A stretch of DNA of 61,717 bases, filler included, from Choristocarpus tenellus KU-1152 (GCA_964200185.2; 11 parts of 11 records of this genome joined end to end with filler, not necessarily neighbours in it), one strand, 5' to 3'; positions 13,465 through 27,050 are shown, numbered from the whole stretch's first letter. The notes: generated by a model from the letters alone, not told the origin. Made by a program: numbers and translations.

Positions 13465-15284
13465 GCCGTTTGGATCACATGAAGTCCTCGAGAGATGTGC
13501 CCAGCGTGTGCGCCTTCTGGGTTGCGAGGCTGGGTATGTTGGACCATGGATGGATGCATCCACCTGCCCTTCAACTGCAGAGGGGGACAGAGGTAGTAGC
13601 AAGAGCAATTGGACTCTGCATGTACACGTTCGTTCTGGTGATATCTTTGAGGGGCACTTCAATCCCTTGTATGGGCAACCACCACTGAGCTTCTATCTGG
13701 ATGTCCTGAAGCTAGGGAAGTGGGACAAGGTGAGAAGGGCGAGTGTGCCCCTTGTGTGGACCGACCTCTCCGTTTCTGTTGTTGCGAGAAGTGTATGGAA
13801 TTTTATGGCTGTACACCAGGGGGGAGGGTGGGAATCGGGGGGGAGGGGGGGGGGCAAGCAATCTCACATGTTGTTGATGTCGTGCTTGGTTGGCTTTATC
13901 CAGGTGTGGGAAACCTTCTCCCCCCCCCATCTCTCTCTTCCTACCTACTACATCAGTAGATTTCATGGCGTATAGGCTGAGCCTCACCTACCTGGCAATC
14001 GACCAATGTCTCTTCACCATGCTTCTATTCCTCTGCTCCTCTGCCCCTGCTCTCTCTCTCTCTGTCTCTCTGTCTCTCTCCTCTCCCCCCCCATTAACAA
14101 ACTCTATCCCCAATTAATGCCCCGTGGTATACTGAGTTCACAGTTGGTACTGATAACGAATGCCAAGGATGAGATCGAATTTAACCCTGTGTTTGAGCTG
14201 CTGATGGAGCAGTCAGCGAGAGGGCTCCTTGCAATAGAGACGATTGTATACACTGTGAGTGAGTTGAAACGAGTAGGGAGTCCAGAGGGGGAAAGGAAGG
14301 GAGGGGTCATGGATGCAACGTGATCAAGACAATTGAGCCCACTCTAAGATGAACACAAATAATAGTCCTATCCTGGAGATGCCACTATTGCTGTTGAGGG
14401 TTGGCTATTGATAGCTCTCACTCTCAAGTCAATAATCGTACCTGATTTTGAGTTTCCTGGTACCATTCTTGTGATCTTCCATTTTGATTGATTCTCTCTC
14501 TGATGATGTGGAATCATAGACTGTAGGTACAAGTATATGCTCACTCGAGGATAGTCTCCCATCAACTCTTTCTATTATCATTACTTAATTGTTCACCACT
14601 AGGTACAGTTATGGCCTTGTTTGGGAAGTGTACATGATCACAAATGGATTAGTTACATCTGCTTTGGTTTTACACAATGTAAGATAGCGTTCACCAATGC
14701 AATGCACATCAGTGATGGGTTATGGCTCATTCTTTGAACTCATGGTCTATCATTAGTTGTATTGGAGTAGGGCCTGCTTGCCCACAGGCTACCACACTTG
14801 TATTCATCCACGATACAAAATATCTGTCGTGGTAGAACCTATTCCCAGCAAGTTGTCTTGTGTGCTTGCCAATAGTTGAAAATATACTATCAAGCTGTCT
14901 ATCATGTTTGTAGTGATGCCGAGATTGAAGTTCTTGTCATTATTACCACAGTGCATGCATCTTTTTGGCTCAATTTGATGAACAACACACTTTTCTAATG
15001 TTGCAGATTTGGTTCCATACCATTCCTCTATGTACATCTGAATCTTGGCTCTACTCTCTCAAATCCACATGCTTGCCATCAGTTTATTTTGGCCTGCCCC
15101 TCTCTACATGCAGGAAGGTCGCTCTCTAGTCCAAGATATGCGGCTCCTCCTTTGTGCAGACTCTGTTGTGGTGCCCCAGATGTCCTCGCTCAATGACATC
15201 ACCCTGTGGCATGGAAGAGCATCACAGGCCTTTGTACCCCAATTCTGTGATGTGGAAGGCATTCAGGTTTGTGGAAAACGTTGA
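13465..15284 (+). CDS. Putative fucosyltransferase-like glycosyltransferase (GT11-like HxRxGD motif), partial
   Basis: Exons 13465-13729, 14144-14254 and 15114-15266 (or to stop at 15284) join in phase 0: LHVHVRSGDIFEGHFNPLYGQPPLSFYLDVL..KWDK|LVLITNAKDEIEFNPVF...|EGRSLVQDMRLLLCADSVVVPQMSSL. HxRxGD is the GDP-fucose-binding motif of inverting GT11/GT23-type fucosyltransferases. Confidence 0.72.
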
Positions 15285-17616
15285 AACATTGGACACTAGG
15301 GTGACGAACTACATACCATTCTGTTGGTGTGGTGACAGACTTCCCGAGTGAGTGTAATTTGAGTTGTTTTGATTGGAATTCATTCTTGTTATACTCAAAC
15401 TTCCTGGTGTATCAAGGCTTGTGTTTTGCTTCAACTAGACACAATTGGTTTTCATAGCTTCAATTGCACACTACTGGAGTTGGGCAACCCAACACCACAT
15501 GTGTCCATCTTTATTTGAGGCGTTTTTTCATTGCTGAACTGGTCTTGCCCCCCACCATTATTGCACAATTTCGAACTGCCCTCTACCTGCTGTCGTCTTC
15601 CTATAGAAAGACACACCAGTCTAGGACATATTTTGGACCCGCTGAGTGCTCTCAATCAGCATGAAGGATGATTTTTTCCATCACAGGACCTAGTGGGATG
15701 GCTTTTCCCTAGCGGCATTGCTGGTTTGAGTTCATTAAGGGCGATATAATTTGTCATTTTTTGCTGCATGGAGTTTTTTTGTTTAGTTTTTCAGACCAAT
15801 TACCTATATTCCTGTGCCAAGAGGAAGGTGGGAAATGAAGGGTAGAGTTCTCGGTAAGGTTCAACCTATACCTGTATGGAGGGTGTTTTCTCCTGTGTGT
15901 GGCAAAAGAGCTTTGGAGGGGCTATGATACCAAGCAATTGCTATAGTAGGGCTGAAGGAGTGGAAATGGATTGAGGCAGTTGTGTAGCAGTCACTGCCCC
16001 AAGACATTGGGATATCCCCTCAAGTTGGTAAAATTGTGGTTACTTCCTGCTGGATATTTCCTACTCTCCGGAGTATTTCTTTCTTCAAATTGGTACGTGC
16101 ACTAAAGCAAACCTGTGAGTGACAACTGAGCAACTCACTTCACTCTTTACTCTTGGCATGCGAGAGTTAAGGAAAACAATTAGGCATTATGCAGGCCGTT
16201 ACACCAGACCAGTATAGCTTGGGCCTGGTCCTGCTAACACCACATGTCTCGGGCGCTAATTTACCAAGCACTCTGAAATGCTTTATCTTATGCGAATGTG
16301 ACAGGTTGTTGTGTTCGCTAAAAATTCCACAAAGAAATAAGCATGTTTTTAGAATGGCTGTGACAGTGTGTATACTTACTAAAATGTTGCCCAAATATTT
16401 TGAAGTATAAAGGCACACTGTAGATGTAGTTGTCATTATGTCATAGCAAGTTCTGTCAATCAATCAAATTTATCAACTTCCTTATGAAAGGTGTCTTTGT
16501 TTTGTACTAAGGTTGTGCTTGACGGATTGTTGGCATTGAAATGTCCAACAGGGCCTACTCTTCGCAAGGAACCTGTTGGTGACCACCCCCCACCCTGATT
16601 CGTCCTTTGAGAGTATATCACTTTAGAGAGTGTACACATTGTCACAATTGTTCTGAATGGTGTTGAGACATATTTCATCCAGGCTGGTGAGTGGCCCAGT
16701 CTGATTACAAGCTTGATGACTCTGATCCAGCCCTATTTAGTCAAATTTGCCTGAGGTGGTCTGTGACTCTGTCTGGTTATACTCTCTGATAGCCCTGAAC
16801 TGGTCTTGTTAACTAATCATACATACTTATCTATAAATTATGTTTTTTGTTTATGTCGGACTAGTCCAGATGTGGTGAAAAATATAATTGGAAAGCCTAC
16901 TACAAACAATAGAATGCAGAGTCTAGTTGCAGTACAATAAAGCAAACAAAATTGATGAGTGATAAGTGGTCGTTGCTCGGTCCTGATACATCAATGGCCC
17001 ATATCCGACCTTGTTCAGACGTTTAACCCGAGCCGGTCCGTGGTCCATTCCTGTTGTACTTTCTTGTGGCCTTGGACTGGTCCCATTAGATCGTATTTCA
17101 CTCAGACTGGCTCCCAACCCAGTCTTGTTGTGTTTACCCGGTCCTATGAAGGGCCTGGTATTATGGTTTTCCCTTACATACTCCTTCAATGATATCCTTT
17201 GTACTGTCATGTTGTCTCATCACATTTTGGGGGGGGCAACAACTGATTCTGTCAATCTTCCAGATATCCGCCAACCATAACACCAAATTTTATACTGTCA
17301 ATATATATTGCAGCCCCTGTGCAGTACTTGTAGCAATTCCTCCATTCGAAATTATGTGCAACATAACTTTTGTAAGCTCCGTTCTCACCCAGGAATGAAC
17401 TGCATGATAAACCCCTCTGGACGAGGCTTGGTTCTCATATAGATTGGGAGGCGTGCAAAGTTTGAGATGGTGGGCTGTCATGACCGTGGAGGATCACTGG
17501 TGCAAAGTGGATCAAGTCACATTTGACAGGGTTCAAAAACCTTGTGAAACTATCGAAGCGGGTTTTGACTCATTTGCCCAGTCATTGCCTGTCGGTTCTT
17601 TGTCCCAGAAGTCTGT

Positions 17617-17701
17617 AAGTCAAAGTATCTGGGGGGGGGGGTGGCGGCTGTCCATCTGGGGCCAATTTTTTCATGTTGCGATTTTTGGGTGATTTGGTTT
17701 C
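17617..17701 (+). mobile_element. MITE family B end, truncated by contig end
   Basis: AAGTCAAAGTATCT-polyG-TGGCGGCTGTCCAT..., closely matching 56697-56797. Confidence 0.7.
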
Positions 17702-18070
17702 NNNNNNNNNNNNNNNNNNNNNNNNNNNNNNNNNNNNNNNNNNNNTTAATTAATTAANNNNNNNNNNNNNNNNNNNNNNNNNNNNNNNNNNNNNNNNNNN
17801 NACAGAGACATACTGCTAGCCGTCCATGGTCCAGGTGACAGTCGTACCTTCTGCGGGGGGGGGGGGGGGGAAGGTATGGGTTGCCATGTACTGACAGGAA
17901 GAAGCCATCGTTAACATCGGCAAAGGCTCAGAGTGACCTCTTTTGCTCGGTGTGCAGGCGTGCTTGGCATCTCTGTCTTGAGAGGGTGGCTTAGTAGTTA
18001 TATTATGCTGTTTGTGTGTGTTTGTCTGTGTTTGAGTGTACGTGAGTGCGTGAGTGCGTGAGTGTGTGTG

Positions 18071-18072
<2 letters not shown>

Positions 18073-18124
<52 letters not shown>
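18073..18124. repeat. (GA)n microsatellite
   Basis: Perfect GA run of about 50 bp. Confidence 0.97.
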
Positions 18125-18125
<1 letters not shown>

Positions 18126-19297
18126 GAAGCGTCTTTGACTGTCAAACTGAAAGCTGGTCCTCCTGTTGCAGTGAGGGGATAAAGGTGTTCTAGCTTTTTT
18201 GTCGTTGAGCAATGCGCATTTCATCACCCCTCTGGCTGAGGTGCAAGAGAGAGGTCGAATTTTGCTATAGCAGTGGTGTCTGTTTTCCAGTGCGCGCTGC
18301 CTCTTACTTGTTTTTGTTTTGTCAATTGTTTTGTATTTAAGTAAATCTATGGCATCTGGGGTGTAATTGTTGTATCGACCTTTGGTGGCACCCAGTGTGT
18401 GATGGCATTCCAATGTTGGCCAATCAGGTTGTGTGGACAAGTGATGGGTGTGCTGTGCTTGTGCTCGGGGGTACCTGAGGAAAAACAACTCTCAAGTGGT
18501 GCAATTGCCCAAGCATAGTGAATTGTTTTTTCCCCTTCCCCTCACCAATGTTTTTGTAGTGAGTTGAAGGGAGAGTAGAACATCTACCACCAACACAATG
18601 AACAAGGCAGCAGAGCAGCTCGGCCAGGTGATGGGTTTCTACACTTGTATTGTGTTGGTAGCGCAAATTGCATCCATGAAACACATGCCACACCTTCCGG
18701 CTGGGTTCAGCACTGTCGGAAAAAATTGCGATAACTTGGACTATACTATACATATAGATGCGATTTTTGGAGTTTAAAGCTGAAAAACGAAGATCCCTGC
18801 TTTACACAAAGACTAGGTTTAATTACAAATAGATGTGTATGTTAGTGCTTTGAGTCGTCTTTTAAGGGTCTTGTCTCTATTTCTAGCAGCTGATATTCTG
18901 CCTTCAGCTCATCATCTACGCAAAAAATTGAAGTTCTGTGTTGTTGGTGATCAGTTCCTGCTATAGTGGAAGGAAGCGATTGCCGAAATCTCATCCTCAG
19001 TCTCTCATCTATGGTAGTTATTTGGCGGTACAGTTGGTATTTTGTTGTGTACTTCAAATGTAGTAAGGTACTGAAATTTGTGTTGAAAAAAAGAACTTCA
19101 AGACTACCACTTCTGGGAACAGCAGACATTTTTTTTGTTATGGAAATGGTTGACATCCAATCACAGTGGATGGTAGTCGTGTTTGCGTAGGTGAAATAAT
19201 GGGTGACAAAATGTAACATGTGCTTGAAATATTATCATTTTGAAGTATCAGAGTATCACTAGAGGTCCTCGTATCCAACGCATGGAGTGTAAACGCA

Positions 19298-19559
19298 CTA
19301 ACTGCTTGAGGCAAGAAACTTCCTGTAATGTCTTATCTTCTGCTGGACATATTTTCCATGACCGAGTTGTCGATCTCCTTTTCCTCCTATCCGGCAAATT
19401 TCACTGTAGAAAAGAGTGGGATGGAAGTATCACTCCTCAGTGTCTTGAGCATCCCATGAAACGAATTTGCAGCGCCTTAGTGGGGCTCGCTTACCGTGTT
19501 ATTGGCGATAAAGAAAAAGGTAGTTTTTCCACATCTATCTGCCCTCCTCTCTGGAACAC
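19298..19559 (-). CDS. Possible last two exons of an unidentified gene
   Basis: 19559-19495 (VFQRGGQIDVEKLPFSLSPIT, donor GTAAGC) joins in phase 2 across a 91-nt intron with a pyrimidine tract to 19403-19298 (EICRIGGKGDRQLGHGKYVQQKIRHYRKFLASSS*). No homology recognised. Confidence 0.35.
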
Positions 19560-22500
19560 CTATGTTATTAAATGCTGGGGGAGAGTTAAGTTGCTCTAGT
19601 CATACGCCCATGTTTGACAGGGTGGTGGCAGCATGAGGAAGGTGATGGAGCGAGGAAAGAGGCCTGTTGCATACATTCAGTCAAACATACATTATTGGTA
19701 CTTGTCGCAGCTTCAAAGTGTCCAGTCAATGGCATCATGAATATAATGTATACTTCAAAGTACAATCAATGTTTACAGATAAATACTAAACAAATGATTA
19801 TTAGAAGAACAGAGGCGATGAAAAATATAATATATAATAGACGCCCCATACTTTCAAATTATTCAACCATAGGAAACTACTCTATTGCCGACTATATGAT
19901 GGTTAATGTATATTCTAGTTCGGAATAATAGCTGGGACTTTTTTTACATTTGAGAGTGTCAAGATGTAGGCAGGCGTATCTACACGTTTTTCCTTATTTT
20001 TTCGGTCTTGTGTGTTCAAGTATTTCTTTTTTGCAGAGTATGTTTTTTCTCAAATACTTGTTTTATGGTATATGATTTGATCTTAATAACGAGAATGTGG
20101 TGAGAGGCCACTTGAAGAGAAAGCAAAAAATAAAAAGGAAATGGAAGAATAAAAATCAGAGGAAGAAAAGGTTCAACTGACAGGAGGACCTGTTGACTGG
20201 TTACAGAAGACGTCAGCAACAACCAGGTACCAGCGTTCAATTCCTAGAAAAAACAGAACCAACATCTAAAGGCTAACAATAATAATAAGGGCAATAAATG
20301 GTGTTCGCTGGTATGGGACATTAGCACCATGTTCGAAAAAATGTAATGCCCCAATAGGAAAATAACAAACCTACATAACAATCCTTGATGCCAGAGCCAA
20401 TGCAAAGTACATAGGATCCTAATATTATATATACACATGATTTACTCTGCATCCCTCCCTACCCAAAAATAATATATTAGCTCAATAAATAGTGCCTCGT
20501 ACGTGTAACTGGTTGAATGCATGTATGTGTATGTGCGTATTGTATCCTGCAGAGTTGTATTACTTCTCGAAATACTTATTAATAACATGTGTGGTCACTA
20601 TCCCTGTACAGAGTACCAAGGGGTAGACCCCACCACATTATTATTTGATGCTACCCCACACAACAAAATACAACCTTGATCAATAGGAACACAAACCGTG
20701 AAACCTCATCCGTACACACAGCCATCCACGAACGAACGGGCAACTACTGTGGTACGTCCAGTTTACCTAATTGCAAGAATTGGAAGAGCTCATTTTTTTT
20801 CTTTATATGCAAACAAACTTCGAACAACGAAGGATTTGAACAAATAACAGGGATTTCTCAAAATTGAGGATGGTGCAGGACTATGAGGATGGTTGTTTTG
20901 CGAAAACGGTCTTANNNNNNNNNNNNNNNNNNNNNNNNNNNNNNNNNNNNNNNNNNNNTTAATTAATTAANNNNNNNNNNNNNNNNNNNNNNNNNNNNNN
21001 NNNNNNNNNNNNNNCCAGGGAAGGAGCGGTCATGAATCCCACAGAGCGTAACGGTGGGGGCGGAGAACTCGAAGATGTAGAGGGGGGGGGAGACTGGGGG
21101 TCCGCGGCAGAGTCGATGAATTTTTTACAAGGGGGTTACGGTAATTTGATGACTGACATGGTGGGCCAGGACTGGTCTGCAAGGGTGAGCAGAATAGAAG
21201 AGGGAGGTGGCCCTGGTGTGCTCAGTAGCAGAGCTCTGGGCTGCCACGGTCAAGGTTCCACGCAGGGGTTTGGGCGAGGGCTGGCACAGTTGCAGCAGGG
21301 CAGGTTGGACAGTGGTGGATGTCATGGGAGGCAGTTGTGTGAGTGTGGACTAGGATCTGGGGCATCAGCAATGGTTGGGGGGGGGGGGTGCTGTCGATTG
21401 CGTGGTTATCGGGTGTTGAAGTTGGTATGTGCAAATACCTCAGTGTCTGCGTCTGGGGCGGCTTCGGCCCAAAGTATTGCTCCAAGGCTCATGGTGGTTT
21501 TAGATGAGGACAGGGATTTGAAGACCCGCGTGAAACATTGACTGCTGCTATTATTTATAGGGGTGGGTTGAGCGGGTGAGGTGGGGCAATGGCAGAGAGT
21601 TGAGTTCATTCCACTCTCGTTTGACAGTGTGATGACTGTTTATTCTCCCAACATTTTGCCAATGAACATAATGTTTACAGCAGCCCCTTCATGGTGGTCA
21701 TGGTTACATGCAAATTCGCTCTGTACTATTTGTCCTTCAAGTGATACGCCTGAAGTTCTGTCATAAAGAAATTGGTCGTATTTGCGAAAACGACTCCAAG
21801 CTTTCCAAATCCTCTGAATGCGATACGATGTACATCATGCTAAAACAGGATGTAACAAAGGCAGCCCAACCAGCTTGGTTGTAAATTAGAGCACATAAAG
21901 CATGCTTGCACAGTGGCTCATCACTTCCTGCTGACAGCTATTTTTTTCACGTTATTGCCTCCCTTCTTTCCTGTTGGGTCCGTCATTTTCATTGCGCTTG
22001 TTCTCTTTCCTCGGTGCAATGTGTGACACAACACGTGTTCAGATTGGGTGGAGGTGTGACACTGATTTTTTTCTGCTTCCCTTTTTTGGCTCATAGTATC
22101 TTGGAATGGGGGGGAGCTTAGCCGAGGTTGTGCGTTGGGGGTATGATAGGGTGTTGCATAACACACCAGTTTGTGATGCCCGTTTTGCGGGTGATTTCCT
22201 TAGGATTTGGTTCAGCCACGGGAATGGAAAAGGAAGGTGCGTTCAGATGAAGGAAATTGCCCTTACACGTCTGACACGTTCACTCAAATGACATGACAAC
22301 TACTACAAGTTCACACAGGTCCCGAGTGGATACCTGACCCCCTTTATGATACTATGGACCCTTTCCCACATAGAACCTGGCAACGTTGTCTACGTTAATA
22401 ACATCCTACCCTAGTTTGTTGGGTGCTATTAATAGTACATCGTTTCTCTTGCCTGCCTTCTGAAATTAGGTAACGAGATTGTTAGTCGCAAAAAAAAAAT

Positions 22501-22988
22501 AGAACAAATGATATTATATGATACATTGCCTTTCCTCCAACTACTTTTTGACACGGTTTTGGGGATTTGGAACCCTCCGTACCATTAACAATGCAAAGGC
22601 GTTAATTACTACATAATTATCAACAACGAAGATATAATTTTAATGCTAGAAATAAATAGCTTTAGTGACGAGAGATGCAACATACTGATGATGTATGGAG
22701 ATGTGTTTTGCACCACCCCTACCCGACATTGCTTACGAGTAGCAAAATATAATAGTACAATCATTAACAGTGTGAATGCCTTGATACGTTGCAAAAAATA
22801 GATCAGACGTCTCTTTCTCTCTCCACGCAGCATCTACCACCTAAGGTGTGGCCACAATGTCAACATTAAATATGACACCAATATAATATACCGAGGGAAT
22901 GTGCTCATCAAATGCAAACGACACTCCTTGAATCGCGTGGAGTGTGTGCAGAGCTCTGCAACAAGGAGCAGTAGAATGATCCTCTTTT

Positions 22989-23135
22989 GACTAAAAGTAT
23001 CTCGGGGGGGGGGAAGGGGTCTACTCTAGGGTGTCCATTTGACCCAAAATCAGCAAAAGTGCATTTACATTATCCATCAGACAGACATACGCAACCCAAA
23101 CCACCCAAAAATCGCGACATGAAAAAATTGACAGA
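22989..23135 (-). mobile_element. MITE family B copy, opposite orientation, one end missing
   Basis: Starts GACTAAAAGTATCTC-polyG. 23095-23130 is the reverse complement of the internal sequence at 17663-17700. Confidence 0.65.
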
Positions 23136-23784
23136 TAATTTTGGCCTTTTGTATGTGTGTTGCCTATTGATCAACAAACACCCTCACTTCAGTTTACTAG
23201 GCGCTCTTGACAGCACTCACTAGCACGCAACATACACACTACATAATGTTTTTTTCATCAAGCAAATAGTCATCCAAGGAGAGGAAACTATAGCCCTGTC
23301 TATCACAACACCACTCAATGAATTGATATTTCACAGAGTGGATCATGGGCAAGTTTTAGTTTTTAGTGTGTTGCAGAAATGCACCTGCTTGGTGGGCAGA
23401 CCTTTCTTCTACAACTATTTCCCAGTCCAGTTGGTGGATCCAAAGCCTTTCTAATAGTATTATATATATACGACCAAAAATTAGGGGAAATTTCTTTTGA
23501 CTATGGGTGGGTGGACATTTTTTCATGTATTATTTGGTACCCACTGACATTTTGAAGATTGATGGTATAGGGAAGATAAGAAGCACCATACAATGTAGAC
23601 AGAGATTAACGAACACAGACAAACAACAGACTCTATTGCTTCCAACAAAGGCTTTGCGATAGACACCCCACAATAGGGAAGAAAATATGTAAGTGGCGTA
23701 GTCCGCAGAAGAACGGTATGACTTAATAGATCAATCACGGCATGAAGGATTGAACATGTACCGTTATTGTTGTATGTGTATGTT

Positions 23785-24046
23785 GAGTCAAAGTAAATGA
23801 GAGGTACCCACAGTCGCATATTAAGGGTGCTGACAAGTATGTGTAAATTCGTCTATTTTTACAAATGTGTATAGGATGTTTTCTGGATTGTGTTCAACTA
23901 TTATTAAAAAATATTAGAGAAAACAACGTTTTCACGTCAAACTTTGCACTTCATCCATAGAAATATGGGTGAATTGTGAAAGATTGAAAAAATGGCTCAA
24001 TATAAAACGGGCAAAACCTGGGGGTACCTCTCATTTACTTTGAGTC
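23785..24046 (-). mobile_element. MITE family C, complete (262 bp)
   Basis: Near-perfect 25-bp TIR GAGTCAAAGTAAATGAGAGGTACCC ... GGGTACCTCTCATTTACTTTGAGTC. Internal sequence is homologous (inverted) to 56424-56670. Flanks GTT/ATT. Confidence 0.88.
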
Positions 24047-25328
24047 ATTGGCGGCATATACTGGAGTATTATTGTGCTATATACCGATCCCTGGCGATCC
24101 CCCCATATCTTGTTGGTTGAAATCTACGATTCATCTCCAAAATCGGCTACCTGTTGATTTTTGCTAACTGTATAACTTACTTCTCCATCACCACCAACAA
24201 AACAGTAGTTCTATCCAGGATAATTCTACCGCTCTTTCCTTGTTGTAGAGCTCTACACACACTCCATACGATGCTCCTCACCCTGGGGTATAGGAATAGA
24301 TAGGTAGATTGGAGGCACAGGAAGGCAGTGGTACAACATAGATAGATCGTAGTGAAATAACAAACAGATGAGTGTTTTTCACATTTGTGATAAATTTTAC
24401 TTCTTTAGGAGTTTTTCTGACATGTGAATAGTTTTTCCTTAGTTTTTCCCCTGACACATCTACAAAATGTCAGAGGGCATAATAATATTAATAAAAGAAG
24501 TGCCGTTTGCATTCGATGAGCACATTCCCTCGGTATATTATAGATGCAAGGTGTCATTTATTAGTGACTTTTTGACCATAACTTAGGTGATGGATGCTGC
24601 ATGGAGTGAGTCCTCTATGTGAGTGCATGTATTACCTTCTTGTGCCTTTCAGCCCGGCTTTGGCATGAGTAAGAGATCTGAATCAAAGACTACTTGTCGC
24701 ACAGGGACGCTTATGGGCATACATACGAGTGAAACAACACATGAGAATAAACCTCTGTGAACCTGGATGGCAATGAAGGCGATGCCGTGCTTGTTGCAAC
24801 GAGATGGCTTGACTTGATGGTAAATCACGATTTCACCCCTCATGGAGTTCAAGGGTAATCGTTAGCAGTACACCTTGGAAGCTCATTATTCTTACTGAAT
24901 TCTGCGTTCTTCTGGCTTGTTCTAATCTGTGATCACGCCTAGAGATCATTGAGTGCCTTGAGCTCTAAATGGTTGTACTATAGCGTACCATGCTGCTGTA
25001 TTGAGTCTACCTATATGTGGACTTCAAATGAAATATTACTTGTGCTCCGAGAAGTAGTGGGCCACAAAATACTAGTACGGAGCAGAGGTTCAAAAAGAGT
25101 TAACGATATTATGTACAGTGAGTGGTAGGAAGCAAGCATACACTGTTGACCTCTCAATCAGGCAGCAGCACCATCCTCTTTGCTCCAGCAGGTGGGTGCA
25201 TTTCCTCTTCGAGAAAAAAGTGTAGTATATGACTGGACAGAGCTCTTCTTCATCACCACGTACGTACTACGAGTGCAATATGTCTCTATTGTTGTCTGTA
25301 GGCCCCGTTTGGATCGATTCTCGCTCTT

Positions 25329-25436
25329 TTAGATTGCTTCAAGGTCTTTGATATGCAGACCTTCGTAGCAGGTCAACCCTTCTCCGTTTAGAAGTGAGTC
25401 ATCAGCTCCCTTCTCCTTGAGGTATTCTCTAAGGTC
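25329..25436 (-). CDS. Terminal exon of an ankyrin-repeat protein
   Basis: Acceptor CACAG then DLREYLKEKGADDSLLNGEGLTCYEGLHIKDLEAI*. YL..KGAD....N..G.T is the second half of an ankyrin repeat. No upstream exon found before the contig end. Absent from the ORF track. Confidence 0.72.
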   Translation of the reverse strand, partial: DLREYLKEKGADDSLLNGEGLTCYEGLHIKDLEAI

Positions 25437-26072
25437 CTGTGGTGTTGGGTTCACATGGGATGGTGTTGTGGAATAAGGTTAGGCGCTGCGGGGATTACAG
25501 GTTTGTCTCGAGAAAAGGTTGGGTGGCAATTTTACTACACTGCTGTAGTCTTAGTTTACACGTGGGCTAGCAAACACACATGCACATTCGCATAGACACT
25601 TGCAGGCACATATACATGTATATATACACACCTACCTACCTACACACACATACATACAAGAGGGCGAGTATTTAGCCCTATTAAAAAACATGGTGTTTTG
25701 CTTTATGCATGTGCGTGTTAGGGTTTTTCTAAGTTTTTGGGTAGGGTGAGGGGTGGGGGGTGGGTAGGTATGGGAAAATAATCAACGGTCCTACCTCAAC
25801 AACACATATAANNNNNNNNNNNNNNNNNNNNNNNNNNNNNNNNNNNNNNNNNNNNTTAATTAATTAANNNNNNNNNNNNNNNNNNNNNNNNNNNNNNNNN
25901 NNNNNNNNNNNTGCACCAATCAAACGTCAGTACAAGCTGGTAGTATTGCGTATCATATCAACAAGAAAAAAATGAGTAGCCTATGTTTTAACACAGCACT
26001 ATCTACGAACACGCTGATGATTGGGATGTTTGTAATAGGGGGCGTACGGTCCTTCTGCATGGGTGTAAGGGG

Positions 26073-27050
26073 ATGGCCCTGGGAATTGATATGGAACAAG
26101 AGACACCAAGAAATGCCATGGATGCATTGAAGGACTATTACGAACTGCCAACCTTGAATGAAGGATTAGGAATTAGGGACAAGAGCCGAACGAGCAGGCT
26201 TGGACCAGGGGAGGAGCCTCAACGAGTCAAATTATCCATTTGGGGACCAAAATCCAATGTTGCGATTTTGATATAATTTTGGCTACCTTGTTTGTTAGGA
26301 GGTGTCAATATCCCTGTTCTGGACACGCCTTTTCATAACGTACACATCTTACCTACTCCGAAACATTTCAGATTAGGTAAAATGTCAGTAAAAACCCGTG
26401 GGAAGCCAAGCCTCAAACGGATAAACAGGGCAAAACTCGTACCCTCTTAAGATACTTTCACTCAACCATACGTGCTGAAGGCGTGTTGGCTTGCTAATAG
26501 ACTGACACCAATGGGTCAGAGAATTTCTGACGAAGAGCTCAACGTGACCATTCCTTGTAGACTCCCAGAAGAGTATGAACATTACTTTTGAGGGCCACTA
26601 CTTTAACCTGGTTGGAGTTGGAACAGGGGCTAGGCAATCGGTTCCGTCAGTTGAAGACGGAGATAGCTGCCCATCAAGGGTATTCCATGGCAGGTTTGAT
26701 GACCAAGAGGCACGATGCAGTACTGCGGTTGGAGCAGATAAAATGCTATACATGTGGCAAGACAGGACACTACAGCAACAACTGTCCGTCCAAGCACAAG
26801 ATAAAATAATGTTTGTCGGCAGACGGGGTATTTGGCATTGACCTACCATGAACAACGAAGGAGTTATGGAGATGGCAATGATGGGACACAAAGGGACCCA
26901 GGAGATCGTGGTTGTGGTGGCAGTGAAGGTGCTGGAAATGGTGGTAACGATGATGGTACTGACAGGAGCAAGGATGCTCAAGGTGATACTTTTTTTGCAC
27001 AGTCAGAAGTAGTTTGGTGTAGTGATGTCGGGTATTCCTTGGTTTCAAGG
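26073..27050 (+). mobile_element. Degenerate Ty1/copia gag(-protease) relic interrupted by a MITE
   Basis: Removing the MITE at 26224-26463 plus one TSD restores PRNAMDALKDYYE...RLGPGEEPQPYVLKACWLANRLTPMGQRISDEELNVTIPCRLPEEYE (UBN2-type gag). CCHC knuckle CYTCGKTGHYSNNC at ~26744-26785; possible decayed protease motif WCSDVGYS; stops and frameshifts. Confidence 0.8.
26224..26463 (+). mobile_element. MITE family A copy inserted in copia gag
   Basis: GAGTCAAA... to ...ACCCTCTTAAGATACTTTCACTC; AAC duplicated on both sides; excision restores the gag frame. Confidence 0.9.

Larger units (their letters stand above)
22821..24610. repeat. Pair of ~110-bp inverted repeats (22821-22929 and ~24495-24610)
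   Basis: Core TATAATATACCGAGGGAATGTGCTCATC(A/G)AATGCAAACG on + at ~22882-22920 and on - at ~24504-24542, with flanking similarity out to CTCCA(C/T)GCAGCATC. Confidence 0.75.

Noticed and set aside
21032-21541. 169-aa Gly-rich ORF
   Set aside because: No motif or splice structure; probably decayed repeat sequence.
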